64,000 bases of DNA from an uncultured delta proteobacterium. Its GTDB lineage: Bacteria; Desulfobacterota; Desulfuromonadia; Geobacterales; DSM-12255. The stretch covers positions 1 through 64,000 of the forward strand of contig CAWBBV010000018.1 of the NCBI GenBank assembly GCA_963787125.1, read 5' to 3'. The first letter of the stretch is position 1; every line of letters starts with the position of its first letter. The notes beneath the pieces were generated by a model. The model was not told the DNA's origin, made no database searches, and saw only the letters and a list, made by a program, of their open reading frames with translations. A program made the translations under genes and the position numbers. Positions 1 to 10,259 of the stretch are shown here, one piece after another.

Positions 1-826
1 CCAGCTAAATATCCAGCATTAGAGTTAAGGCAGCGCATACTCGCCAAGCTGGAAGAGTCTCCGCCAGCAGGTCTGGCGGCATGGGATGGCGGTGCACTGG
101 CTAAAGCATTGGCGGTCTCAGATGATGTTGTCTGGCGCATACTGCGTAAAAACGGCATTCAGTTGCGGCGACACCGTTCGTGGTGTGTCAGCACTGATCC
201 TGAATTCTCGGTAAAGTCAGCCGACATAATCGGCTTATACCTGGCACCGCCACAGAAAGCATTGGTACTCTGTATTGACGAGAAACCATCTATACAGGCC
301 TTGGAGCGGTCAACCGGTTATGTGCAGACAAGCAGCGGTAAAATTGTTCGCGGCCTGAAGAGCACCTATAAGCGGCATGGCGTCATCAATCTATTTGCAG
401 CACTAGATGTTGCCGCCGGAACTATCCAGTCGAAAACAACTGTAACTAAAAAACGACCGGACTTTCAGGCGTTTCTCGATGATATAGTGTCAACGGTTCC
501 AGATGGTGAAGATATTCATGTAATTCTCGACAACTACTGTACACACAAGAAAAATGAAGATTGGCTGGCCTTACATCCCAATGTCCACTTCCACTTTACG
601 CCGACCTCGGCCAGTTGGCTCAATCAGGTAGAAATATGGTTTGGGATACTTAGCCGTAAAACCTTATCTGGAGCCAGTTTCTCAAGCACGGAACAGTTGA
701 CGAATTCAATCGAAGCATTTATTGCCAGCTACAACGAAACCGCTTCTCCTTTTGTTTGGCGCAAACGAGAAGTCAGAGGCGCTCAGCTTAGAAATACAAT
801 AGCTAACTTATGCAATTAAACACTAG
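1..826 (+). mobile_element. IS630-family insertion sequence, left part outside the window; transposase frame open from base 1 to 819
   Basis: DEK, LDNY and WLNQVEIWF DDE motifs typical of IS630. The element appears to end at ...TGCAATTAAACACTAG (CTAG at 823-826). Confidence 0.9.
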
Positions 827-827
827 T

Positions 828-1637
828 TTAAAAATACTCTTTGCTGCCGCTGCCATACAGCACCTGATAAGTGGCCCGCACCCCTCCGGTTGTGCCGTAG
901 TTCTCCTTGTATATCTCCATCATCTTTAGCATTATACTGCGTCCTGAAAGCCCACCGCCAGAGCTGCCGGCGGCACTCCCTGCACCGATACCTTTGAGCG
1001 AGCGGAGCAGAGCAGGGACATCAGGGTGGATCTCTGCTTCAATTTCGGCAGTTACGCCGTTTCCGGTGAAACCTGCGCTGCTGAGAGCGGCGATAACGTT
1101 TGCTGCTGATGCGAACTGGTGCGTTCTGTCTGCTGTCGGTCTGTCAGTCGTGCTGACGGCGCTTCTGTAGGATTCCCGCAGTTCGAACAGAGTCTGTTCG
1201 CCGAAAAGGGCGAAATGGAAACTGCTCCCTGGCTTGAGCACCCGGTATACCTCTGCGAATGCCTGTTCAAGAGGTGCAATCCATTGATAGGTCGATGTGG
1301 AGACAATAATGTCAAAGCAGTTGGCTTGAAACGGCAGTTCCTCTGCGTCACCACAGATAAAAGCTGCATTTATTTGCCTGTTCCGGGCATTTCTTGTCAT
1401 TCCGAAAGCAAGGTCGATACCGACTAGAGCAGTTTCCGGCAGGATCTTCCCGACCGTTTCAAGTAGTCTGCCTGTGCCTGAACCGATGTCAAGGAGCGAT
1501 CCCGGAGCGACGGAGTAGTCTTTCAGGAGCGCAACAAAACGGTCTGTCACCTTTTTCTGGACATTGGCCAGAGAATCATACTGCTCTGCGTGGCTACTAA
1601 ATGATTTTCTTACGAGTGCTCTTTCAATCCCGGCCAT
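828..1637 (-). CDS. bioC: malonyl-ACP O-methyltransferase
   Basis: SAM motif LDIGSGTG, LKGIGA motif, and position in the bioF-bioH operon. Confidence 0.9.
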   Translation of the reverse strand: MAGIERALVRKSFSSHAEQYDSLANVQKKVTDRFVALLKDYSVAPGSLLDIGSGTGRLLETVGKILPETALVGIDLAFGMTRNARNRQINAAFICGDAEELPFQANCFDIIVSTSTYQWIAPLEQAFAEVYRVLKPGSSFHFALFGEQTLFELRESYRSAVSTTDRPTADRTHQFASAANVIAALSSAGFTGNGVTAEIEAEIHPDVPALLRSLKGIGAGSAAGSSGGGLSGRSIMLKMMEIYKENYGTTGGVRATYQVLYGSGSKEYF

Positions 1638-2433
1638 GAATCTCCCTGATGAAACTGGTCACGGTGGCATTGAATCTCTCCGGCGCAGATAAAAAGGGTG
1701 CATGTCCGGAAGAGTCGATAATTTTTAGAGTTGCGAAAGGCAACTGCTGAGACATAAACAGTGATGCTCCGGGAAGACAGATATTGTCTTCAGAGCCGTG
1801 AACAAGGGTGACAGGAAGCACGACTTCGGCTAACTGCTGCCGCAAATCAGTCTCTGTCAAGGCGTTTAGAGCCGCTAATGCTATTGCGAGCGGTGGCAAC
1901 TGCCCGACTGTTTTCGCCGCAATGCTTCTTAGATCTATTCCTGCTGCTTCTGTCGTTGTAAACATCCCTTTAAAAAAGTCGCCGGCAGTTCTTTGGTAAT
2001 CTCTCTTTAACCGTATCGCCATGCCTCTGGCCTCAGAGGGTGGCAATCCGGTTGAATAGCCGGCTGCCGAGCAGAAGCGCGGGGTTCCGGCGACGAGTAC
2101 CAGTCCGGATAACCGCTCTTGCAAAAGTAGTGCTGCTTTGATTGCCAGTTGCGCCCCCATCGACCAGCCGACAAGAACGGCTTTCCTGATTTTGAGATAA
2201 TCCAGCAGCTCTGTCAGATCGCTCAAGCAGTCAGCATAGCTGAAACTTGTGGCACTAGACTCGCCATGACCGCGTAAGTCAGGGGTAATGATCCTGAACT
2301 CTGTAGAGAGCGGCAGCTGAAAATGCCAGACTTTATGCGACATCATCCAACCGTGGATAAAGATGACCGGATAGCCGGAACCTTGATCTGTAAAGGAGAT
2401 GATTGCGCCATCTTTAGCAGTAATCCGGAGCAT
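1624..2433 (-). CDS. bioH: pimeloyl-ACP methyl ester esterase (alpha/beta hydrolase)
   Basis: HGW, GWSMG nucleophile elbow and GHAPF motifs; lies between bioF and bioC. Confidence 0.85.
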   Translation of the reverse strand: MLRITAKDGAIISFTDQGSGYPVIFIHGWMMSHKVWHFQLPLSTEFRIITPDLRGHGESSATSFSYADCLSDLTELLDYLKIRKAVLVGWSMGAQLAIKAALLLQERLSGLVLVAGTPRFCSAAGYSTGLPPSEARGMAIRLKRDYQRTAGDFFKGMFTTTEAAGIDLRSIAAKTVGQLPPLAIALAALNALTETDLRQQLAEVVLPVTLVHGSEDNICLPGASLFMSQQLPFATLKIIDSSGHAPFLSAPERFNATVTSFIREIHGRD

Positions 2434-2434
2434 T

Positions 2435-3607
2435 TCAGATTACCCCGAGTTTTTTGCCAACCAGGGTAATTTTTTCTGCAGCCTCAGCAAGTTCAACTGG
2501 AGTATGACTGGCCATGACCGTGCACCTGAGGCGGCAACTCCCGGCAGGAACGGTCGGGGGGCGAATGCCTTGCACAAAAATGCCCATTTCAAGGAGGGCT
2601 CTGGAGAATTCCATCGTCTCAGTCGCTTCACCGACCATGATCGGGATTATCTGTGTTTGGCTTTTCAGAATATCAAAACCCGCGGTTTCAAGGTATCCTG
2701 CCAGCAGTGCCCTGTTAGCCTCCAGGCGCTTCCTGAGGGCGTCACCTTCAGGTGATGTTGTGATTTCTATGGCTGCGATTGACGCCGCAAGCACTGCCGG
2801 TGGCAGAGATGTCGAAAAAATGAAGCTTCTGCTGCTGTTTTTGAGATAATCGATCAACTCTTTCGAGCCGGCAACATAGGCGCCAAAACTGCCGAGACCC
2901 TTACCCAGAGTTCCCATCTGGATATCGACCTGCTCTGCTACGCCGAGGTGAGCAGCACTGCCTCTACCATGCTCTCCCATGACAGCAGTGCCGTGGGCAT
3001 CATCGACCATAAGCAGGGTGTTGAACTTGCTTCTAAGCGCGGCAAGCTCTTTGAGTGGCGCAATATCGCCATCCATGCTGAAGATGCCATCCGTGACTAT
3101 CAACTTGCGACCGGTGCTTTTGTCCCGCTCCAAAAGCCGCTGCAGAGCTTTGAAGTCGTTATGGGGATAACGTACGAGCTTTGCCCTTGAGAGGAGGGCG
3201 CCATCAATGATGCTGGCGTGATTGAGGCGATCTGAATAAATAGTTTCGCCTCTGCCGATAATCGCCTGAATAGCTCCGGTGTTGGCGGCGTAACCCGAAT
3301 TGTAGAGGATTGCTGCTTCCGTCCCTTTGAACGCAGCGAGCCGCTCTTCCAGTTCCTGGTGGAGGTTCATATTGCCTGATACCAGGCGGGATGCGCCACT
3401 GCCAGATCCGTAGGTGGTGATCGCCTCAATTGCAGCTGCTTTCAGGGCAGGATGGTCTGCAAGCCCAAGGTAATTGTTTGAGCAGAGCAGCAGAGTATCT
3501 TTGCCGTTAATGGACACTCGTCCTCTTTGGGCAGATTCAATAAGTTTGGATGAGCGATGCAGGCCTGAGCTGACGAGCCTGGCCAGCTCGTTCTTGAAAA
3601 ACGACAT
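2435..3607 (-). CDS. bioF: 8-amino-7-oxononanoate synthase
   Basis: [20 protein letters not shown] and GTLGK (PLP lysine) motifs. ATG at 3607 preferred over the ORF-track start. Confidence 0.95.
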   Translation of the reverse strand: MSFFKNELARLVSSGLHRSSKLIESAQRGRVSINGKDTLLLCSNNYLGLADHPALKAAAIEAITTYGSGSGASRLVSGNMNLHQELEERLAAFKGTEAAILYNSGYAANTGAIQAIIGRGETIYSDRLNHASIIDGALLSRAKLVRYPHNDFKALQRLLERDKSTGRKLIVTDGIFSMDGDIAPLKELAALRSKFNTLLMVDDAHGTAVMGEHGRGSAAHLGVAEQVDIQMGTLGKGLGSFGAYVAGSKELIDYLKNSSRSFIFSTSLPPAVLAASIAAIEITTSPEGDALRKRLEANRALLAGYLETAGFDILKSQTQIIPIMVGEATETMEFSRALLEMGIFVQGIRPPTVPAGSCRLRCTVMASHTPVELAEAAEKITLVGKKLGVI

Positions 3608-3657
3608 CGGTAAACCCCGTTTGAAGAATTTTACGGAAATTATCACAGCGAGGGTGA

Positions 3658-3691
3658 TTCGTCAACCAATGGCATGCTCCTGGTTGACGAA
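3658..3691. promoter_or_regulatory. BirA-type biotin operator
   Basis: Perfect inverted repeat TTCGTCAACC-N14-GGTTGACGAA, 50 bp upstream of bioF; matches the BirA GTcAACC-N14-GGTTgAC architecture. Confidence 0.85.
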
Positions 3692-3731
3692 CCGTATTGA
3701 AAGAAGAAAAACTGGAAAGATTATAGCCGGA

Positions 3732-4160
3732 TTATACCGGCATGGTGATATTATAGTTGAGCCAGTAACGGGAAGAGTTGATAATCATAGTGTGATAGCG
3801 CTGAAAATCAATCGGTTTAACAAGATAGCTGTTTGCTCCGAGTTCGTAACATTCTACAATATCACGCTGTTGGTTTGACGAAGTCATGACAACCACCGGG
3901 ATATTTTTTGTGATCTCGTTGGATTTTAGCTTTTTAAGGATTTCAGGGCCAGTAAGTCGGGGCAGTTTGATGTCAAGGAAAATCACTTTTGGCAGAAGAT
4001 GTTTCAGGGCGTTATTTGATTCATCAAAGAGGTAATTGATAGTATCAACACCGTCATGAATGACCTTGATCTTGGTGGCGGGGTTATCCTGCTTTAAAAC
4101 CCTTATCGCCAGGTCAGCATCTTCACGAGAGTCCTCAACAAGTAGAATATCAGTTCTCAT
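3732..4160 (-). CDS. single-domain response regulator (CheY/Rcp1-like)
   Basis: LLVEDS, FLDIKLP, MTSS and YLVKP receiver motifs. Confidence 0.9.
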   Translation of the reverse strand: MRTDILLVEDSREDADLAIRVLKQDNPATKIKVIHDGVDTINYLFDESNNALKHLLPKVIFLDIKLPRLTGPEILKKLKSNEITKNIPVVVMTSSNQQRDIVECYELGANSYLVKPIDFQRYHTMIINSSRYWLNYNITMPV

Positions 4161-4352
4161 AGCATTTATCTCCTCTAGTATTCAGCAGAATCGACAGGTA
4201 GTGCAATAGTGGCATTATCTCTCAGGAATATTTTGTAACTTGTATGTAGCAGTTTCAATTAAGCTTAATTTCGGCTCCGTTAACTTCGTAAAGTGTTATT
4301 TTATTCAAGTATGAATCCAAGCAATTTCTATTCCATTTCAGAAGGGTGTTTT

Positions 4353-5006
4353 ATGGACAGAGAGATAATTAATGTGGCCAGCGAGGAAGTGTCTGAAATA
4401 GGAGAAAAAATCCGTTTGATACGGAGCTCCAGAAAAATGACGCAAAAGGCATTTTCTGCTTCTCTCGGGATTGTTCAGGGTTTTTTATGTGCCATCGAGC
4501 GGGGGAAGAAGAGTCCTTCGGCAACACTGTTGATCGCTCTACAATATCTCTATGGGATAAATCCGCTGTGGCTCACCAGCGGTACTGGCGGGATGTATCT
4601 TGAAACAAAAGCATGTTTACCTACCACCATCGGTAGACCAACAATCCCGTTACTGAAGGCTCCGCCGGCATCACTTGATATTTTTTCTGCTGCCATGATT
4701 CAAGACTATATACTTATCCCTGACGTTCCCAAGGACTGTTTTGCCTTTGAGTGCACTGGTGATTTTATGGCGCCAACGATCAGGGGCGGAGATGTTGTGA
4801 TCGTGCAGCCTTCAGAACATCCGCAATCCGGAGATGTAATCCTTCTGGAAGGTCAGTGGGGAGACTCATTGTTGCGCAGGTACCGGGTTCGCGGCAATGA
4901 GGTCTTTTGTTCAGCCGACAACTCTTCTTACGCGCCGTTTAAACCGTCCGGAGAACTGAAAATCCTTGGTATCGTGCATGCGGTCTGGCGAAAAATTAAA
5001 ATATAA
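4353..5006 (+). CDS. XRE-family HTH regulator with S24 (LexA/CI-like) domain, catalytic residues apparently substituted
   Basis: N-terminal HTH (MTQKAFS...IERGKKSP). C-terminal GDFMAP...GDVVIV...LRRY...DNSSYAP pattern. Confidence 0.85.
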   Translation: MDREIINVASEEVSEIGEKIRLIRSSRKMTQKAFSASLGIVQGFLCAIERGKKSPSATLLIALQYLYGINPLWLTSGTGGMYLETKACLPTTIGRPTIPLLKAPPASLDIFSAAMIQDYILIPDVPKDCFAFECTGDFMAPTIRGGDVVIVQPSEHPQSGDVILLEGQWGDSLLRRYRVRGNEVFCSADNSSYAPFKPSGELKILGIVHAVWRKIKI

Positions 5007-5009
5007 TAA

Positions 5010-5047
5010 AAAAGACTGACAATCCGGACGCAAATTGTCAGTCTTTT
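5010..5047. terminator. bidirectional intrinsic terminator
   Basis: 14-bp stem AAAAGACTGACAAT/ATTGTCAGTCTTTT between convergent genes. Confidence 0.75.
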
Positions 5048-5088
5048 GGCAGAATATGTATTGACGTCCACGTTATATAAAGAACGCT

Positions 5089-7392
5089 CTACTTAATGCA
5101 AACTCTGCGCACCTCTTTAATGTCGGTTAACCCCTGAAAGCATTTCAAGATGCCATCCTGCTTTAGCGTCGTCATGCCGTCGGCCATTGCCTGGCGGCGA
5201 ATAAATTCGACTTCACCTTTTTTCTTTATAAGGCTCCGCATTTCGTCGGTTCCAGTCAATATTTCATGAAGGCCAAGTCTGCCTTTGTAGCCTGAGTCGT
5301 TGCACTTGGGACAGCCTACATGTCTGACCAGAATTATCTCGGCCGGGTTAATTCCGGTCCTTTCAAAATCAGCCTTGCCATACTCTTCAATAATATCGGC
5401 CAGTTCCTGCGGATGAGGTTTATAGGCATCCTTACATTCGCTGCAGATCCTTCGTGCCAGTCTTTGCGCCAGGATGCAGAGGATCGCATCGGAAAAGCTG
5501 AACGGGTCCATCCCCATATCCAGCAGTCTCGTAACCGTCTCCGGGGCTGAGTTGGTGTGGAGCGTTGAAAAAACCAGGTGTCCTGTCAAAGATGCTTCGA
5601 TGCCCATTGAAGTTGTTTCTGCATCACGCATCTCCCCGACCATGATGACATCAGGGTCGGCACGCAGGAACGCCCGCAGAGCGGTTGCAAAGGTGAAGTT
5701 GATGCGGGGGTTGACCTGGACCTGGCGTAAGCCTTTCTGGGTGATTTCGACAGGATCTTCTGCGGTCCAGATTTTTGTTTCAGGGGTGTTTATCCTGGAG
5801 ATGGCCGAGTGCAGAGTCGTTGTCTTACCTGAGCCGGTCGGGCCGACAACCAGTATCAGGCCGTACGGTTTCTCGACGGCGTGCTCAAACTCCCTCATGT
5901 TACGTTCGGTAAGTCCGAGTTTGTCAAACGGGATCGGTTCTCCGGAGGCAAGAATCCTCATGACGACATCTTCCAGTTGCCCGGCAGTAGGCAGCGTGGC
6001 AACCCGGAGCTCAACATCGATCGGGCCGTACTTCTTGAAATCGATCTTGCCGTCCTGCGGTTTACGGCGCTCGGCAATATCGAGTCCGGACATGATCTTT
6101 ATGCGTGAAGTAAGGGCGTATTTGTATTTATAGGGTATCCTTTGATAAATCTTGCACCTGCCGTCGATCCTGATTCTGACAAGGACGTCATTTTTGCCGG
6201 GATAGGGTTCGATATGAATGTCAGATGCTTTCAGGTTGTAGGCGCCACAGATGATTTTGTTCACGAGCTGGACGATAACGCTGTCCTGCTCCGAGACTTT
6301 TTGAACTTCCGAATCAACTTCCGGCTCGTCCTCCCCCTCCATTTTATCGAGAAGATCGTTGATGGTTCCGGAACTGCCTTCGCCTCTTGAGGTGATGTTA
6401 TAGAAATGATCTATGAACTTCTCGATATCATCTCTGAAAGCGCCGACAAAACTGAGCCTTTTAAATTCGGGGTAGACGAAGCGGATCAGGTCCTGCTTGC
6501 CCAGGTCGGTAGGGTCTTCCATTGCCAGATGCAGGATACCGTTTTCGACCTTGACCGGAACCCATCGCTCTTTTAGCAGCCGTTCGGGTTTTATTCTGGA
6601 GAGGATATCGTCCAACTGAGGGAGCGTCTGATCAAAAGCGATGAACTCTGTGCCGAAATAGAGGCTGAGTGCTTTTGCCATCTCTTCCCGGCTGATTTTC
6701 AGTTCACGGGCCAGTAAAAGGTCAAGGCCCAGGGCATTGACATCAGGGTGGGCGGATAACTTCAGGATATCGTCTTCATCTAGGAAGTTTTTGTCCAGAA
6801 GGTAGTTGAATCTGGATTTCTGGCGTATCAGTTTTGTGGAAGCGTTAAGACGATGAATGTTGTAGATGGCGATTGACAGGGAGGCAGCCAGTTCATTGGC
6901 ATAACCGAGATCGACTTCCCCGAAGAATTCAGCGCCCTTTTTGTTAATCAGCTGGATGATGCCGATGAGGCTGTTGTTGAATTTCATCGGCACGCAGAGG
7001 ACCTGCCGGGTCCGGTAACCGGTCTTCTGATCCCAGGAAACGTCGAACTTCAGCTCTGAACTTATCATGGTCAGCTCGTGCTGATTATAAGCATCCTTTA
7101 TATTGACTACCTGGCCGGTAAGGGCAGAATAACCGGCCAGGCTCCCGGCTGTTATCGGCACAACAATCTGGGTGACTTCGGCGCCTGATTTTACTCTGGA
7201 GATAAGAGTATTGCGTTTAAGATCGGCAACGTAGATTGTTATTCTGTCAGCTTCAAAAAGACCGGCTATACTGTCTTTAAGTTGAATGAGGATATCGTTC
7301 AGATTGGAAGCGGAGTGAATGTCATTAATTCGTTCCATGAATCGTTTTCGATACTCAAGCTGTTTTTTAATACGTTCCATTTCCTGGCTCAT
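5089..7392 (-). CDS. GspE/PilB-family secretion ATPase with N-terminal GAF domain
   Basis: Walker A GPTGSGKT, EDPVE, LRADPD, TGHLVFSTLH and CxxC...CxxC zinc motif. N-terminal GAF region (TGYRTRQVLCVPM...QLINK). Confidence 0.9.
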   Translation of the reverse strand: MSQEMERIKKQLEYRKRFMERINDIHSASNLNDILIQLKDSIAGLFEADRITIYVADLKRNTLISRVKSGAEVTQIVVPITAGSLAGYSALTGQVVNIKDAYNQHELTMISSELKFDVSWDQKTGYRTRQVLCVPMKFNNSLIGIIQLINKKGAEFFGEVDLGYANELAASLSIAIYNIHRLNASTKLIRQKSRFNYLLDKNFLDEDDILKLSAHPDVNALGLDLLLARELKISREEMAKALSLYFGTEFIAFDQTLPQLDDILSRIKPERLLKERWVPVKVENGILHLAMEDPTDLGKQDLIRFVYPEFKRLSFVGAFRDDIEKFIDHFYNITSRGEGSSGTINDLLDKMEGEDEPEVDSEVQKVSEQDSVIVQLVNKIICGAYNLKASDIHIEPYPGKNDVLVRIRIDGRCKIYQRIPYKYKYALTSRIKIMSGLDIAERRKPQDGKIDFKKYGPIDVELRVATLPTAGQLEDVVMRILASGEPIPFDKLGLTERNMREFEHAVEKPYGLILVVGPTGSGKTTTLHSAISRINTPETKIWTAEDPVEITQKGLRQVQVNPRINFTFATALRAFLRADPDVIMVGEMRDAETTSMGIEASLTGHLVFSTLHTNSAPETVTRLLDMGMDPFSFSDAILCILAQRLARRICSECKDAYKPHPQELADIIEEYGKADFERTGINPAEIILVRHVGCPKCNDSGYKGRLGLHEILTGTDEMRSLIKKKGEVEFIRRQAMADGMTTLKQDGILKCFQGLTDIKEVRRVCIK

Positions 7393-7585
7393 GAGGATTT
7401 CCTGTGACTCTCGGGGTAGTGAAATGACATTTTTCGATAACAATAGCCTAAATTGCCTGTTTTTCAAGTAATTTTAGAAAGTTTGCCTCGATGTCATATT
7501 GACAGCGGCCTGCTATTTCAAGTATGAAGATTCATTAGATGAAAATGTTTATATATAACTTGCACGGTTTTTTAAGGGGGATGAA

Positions 7586-9037
7586 ATGAAACAGTTAACC
7601 GGATTGATCATAATAGTATTGCTGCTTGCCGGTGGAGCGCTTTTTTCACCTGCAGGGGCTGAGCCTGCCGTGTTCTCCTTTGACAAGTCGATTTTCCCCT
7701 ATTACCCCTCCCTTATTCAGTGGGAAAAGAGCGATGTGCCGTTCACACCGCCGCAAAAATGTGGCGAGTGTCATCCCAAACAGTACAACGAGTGGAACGG
7801 CTCAGTGCATAATATGGCGCTGCGGGATCCGATCTATCAGGGTGAGCTGAATAAGGCGGTCAAAGCAGTCGGTCATGAGATAACCCGGCAGTGTGAAGGG
7901 TGTCATTCGCCGGCAGGGATGGTGACCGGGGAGATAAAAGGGGCCGGACTTGCAGGACTGTCGCCCATGGCTCTTGCCGGGGTCTCCTGCGATATCTGCC
8001 ACTCCATCAGCGGCGTGACCCATCTGCAGACACCAACCCATGACCCTGAAAACGGCTCGTTTATTCTTAATCCGGGGACTGCCGGAAGACCTGTCAAGCG
8101 CGCTCCATTCAAGCCTTCCGACAGTTGCGGCGGCGGCTTTCACAGCTGTGAGCAGTCAAGCACCCAGCTGAAAGCCGACATCTGCGCATCCTGCCATCAG
8201 GTGTATCATTACGACGCCCATTTTCCCCTGGAAGCCACCTATAATGAATGGAAAAGCGGTCCGTATGCCCAGGTCGACGTTCTGTGCCAGGACTGCCACA
8301 TGGTTGACACCAAAACATTTTTGGAGGTTGCTGATACCTTCAGAAAGCCGAAACGGGAAGAGTATCGCCATTACTTTAACGGCGCCAACTATCTCCTTTC
8401 GTATCTTGGCGCTGCTGCCGCAAAAATCTCCGGGGAGCAGAAGCTGGCAAAAAACCTGATGTTGCAGTACGACATGGCGATTGAGAGGCTCCAGAGCGCT
8501 GCTGATCTTGAACTGACACCTGTGTACCGGGGTGGTGATCTTGCCGAATTAAAAGTCCGGGTTAAAAATATCCGGGCCGGGCACAATCTGCCGACCTCGC
8601 TGACAAACGTCCGGCAGATGTGGCTTGAAGTCATTGCCAGAGACGAAAATGGAAAAATAATCCTCTCCACCGGCGCGGTCACGGCTGACGGCACTCTGCC
8701 GGAGGATGTGCGCATCTTCAACTCCGACGGCATGGGTAAGGATTTTCATTTTGCCGTTCATCCCTGGGTAGTAACTTCGTTTTCACGCCATGACACGATT
8801 CCGGCAAAAGGGTACAAGGATGTCCACTACGGCATCAATCCGCCGGCAGGTGTAAAAAACATTGCCTTCGAGGTGAAACTGAGATACCGGCAGGCAGATC
8901 AGAAGGTTGCAGAGGCGCTTTTGGCTGCCGTTCCCAAGGATATTGACCTTAAAGCTGTCTATGGGCTGGAAAAAATCCCGCAACTGCCGATTGTCAATAT
9001 GGTAACAAAACAGTCGCTCTTTAAGGTTAAGAACTGA
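7586..9037 (+). CDS. periplasmic multiheme cytochrome c (5 CxxCH)
   Basis: Signal peptide; CGECH, CEGCH, CDICH, CASCH, CQDCH. Confidence 0.9.
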   Translation: MKQLTGLIIIVLLLAGGALFSPAGAEPAVFSFDKSIFPYYPSLIQWEKSDVPFTPPQKCGECHPKQYNEWNGSVHNMALRDPIYQGELNKAVKAVGHEITRQCEGCHSPAGMVTGEIKGAGLAGLSPMALAGVSCDICHSISGVTHLQTPTHDPENGSFILNPGTAGRPVKRAPFKPSDSCGGGFHSCEQSSTQLKADICASCHQVYHYDAHFPLEATYNEWKSGPYAQVDVLCQDCHMVDTKTFLEVADTFRKPKREEYRHYFNGANYLLSYLGAAAAKISGEQKLAKNLMLQYDMAIERLQSAADLELTPVYRGGDLAELKVRVKNIRAGHNLPTSLTNVRQMWLEVIARDENGKIILSTGAVTADGTLPEDVRIFNSDGMGKDFHFAVHPWVVTSFSRHDTIPAKGYKDVHYGINPPAGVKNIAFEVKLRYRQADQKVAEALLAAVPKDIDLKAVYGLEKIPQLPIVNMVTKQSLFKVKN

Positions 9038-10245
9038 TGAGTGAAGATATCTCAAAGTTGAAAATTGACAGAAGCTCCCAGAGCTCTGTTGCACCTTCGA
9101 GAAAACGGAAACGGATGCTGATTCTTCTGCTCCTGACCCTTGTCAGTGTGGGTTTTATCTGGAAATTGGTTGCTACACGAGCTGTCGAGATAGAGACGGC
9201 GACCGTCTCGCTGCAGTTCCCCAGCAGCTCCTTCACTCTTTTAAATGCCAGTGGCTACGTTGTTGCCCAGCGCAAGGCGGCACTGGCAGCCAAAGCGACC
9301 GGGAGGCTGGAATGGCTGGGGGTGGAAGAGGGGAGTCGGGTGACGAGAGGTGAAATTATTGCACGGCTGGAAGGGCAAGACTCAGACGCACTGCGCAAAC
9401 AGTCCGCAGCCGCGGTCGGCACTGCTGCGGCGCAGCGGGATCAGGCAGAGGTTGAGCTGAAGGATGCTGTTCGCAGTCTCAAGCGGACAAAGGAGCTGCT
9501 GGGGCAGGGAGTTGTCTCTCAGGCTGATTATGATGCTGCTGAAGCCAGAATGGACCGCTCCAAAGCCCTGCTCGCAGCCGCAGTAGCAAATCTGGCCGTA
9601 TCAGGGGCGGCACTGGCCGGCGCTGACGTAGCTGTCGATTACACCCGGATCCGCGCGCCGTTTGACGGTGTTGTCCTGACCAAGAATGCCGATGTGGGGG
9701 ATATCGTCACCCCCCTCGGTGCAGCAGCCAATGCCAAGGCTTCGGTGGTAACAATCGCCGATCTTGCCTCGCTGCGGGTCGAAGTAGATGTTTCCGAATC
9801 CAGTCTGGAAAAGGTCAAGCGTGGCCAGGCGTGTGAAATTCTCCTTGATGCCATGCCCCAGAGCCGTTTTCGGGGTGTTGTCCATTCAATAGTCCCGACT
9901 GCGGATCGCAGCAAGGCAACCGTCATGGTAAAGGTCAGCTTTCTTGAGCATGATGCACGGATACTGCCGGAAATGAGCGCCAAGGTGGCGTTTCTGGAAC
10001 ATCCGGTCGGCAGTAGTGAGCAGCAGCCCAAGGTCATGCTCCCCAAAGCCGCTCTTATAAAGCGGGGTGGCGGCAGCGCTGTTTTTCTTCTGAACGGCGA
10101 CCGAGTCAGTGAAATTCGGGTCGAAACGATTGCCGGAACAGCTGACCTGATTGAAGTCAAAGGGCTGAAAGTCGGCGATAAAGTAGCTCTGAAGCCGCTT
10201 GAAAAGCTTTCTGACGGCGCAAAGGTCAAAATTGTACAGAAGTAG
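9037..10245 (+). CDS. efflux membrane-fusion (periplasmic adaptor) protein, MacA-like
   Basis: N-terminal TM segment, lipoyl/hairpin pattern, IRAPFDGVV. Confidence 0.9.
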   Translation: MSEDISKLKIDRSSQSSVAPSRKRKRMLILLLLTLVSVGFIWKLVATRAVEIETATVSLQFPSSSFTLLNASGYVVAQRKAALAAKATGRLEWLGVEEGSRVTRGEIIARLEGQDSDALRKQSAAAVGTAAAQRDQAEVELKDAVRSLKRTKELLGQGVVSQADYDAAEARMDRSKALLAAAVANLAVSGAALAGADVAVDYTRIRAPFDGVVLTKNADVGDIVTPLGAAANAKASVVTIADLASLRVEVDVSESSLEKVKRGQACEILLDAMPQSRFRGVVHSIVPTADRSKATVMVKVSFLEHDARILPEMSAKVAFLEHPVGSSEQQPKVMLPKAALIKRGGGSAVFLLNGDRVSEIRVETIAGTADLIEVKGLKVGDKVALKPLEKLSDGAKVKIVQK

Positions 10246-10259
10246 ACAGGGGTGCCTTC

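Noticed and set aside
3670..3686. sigma54 promoter TGGCATGCTCCTGGT
   Set aside because: Lacks GC at -12; better explained as the spacer of the BirA operator.
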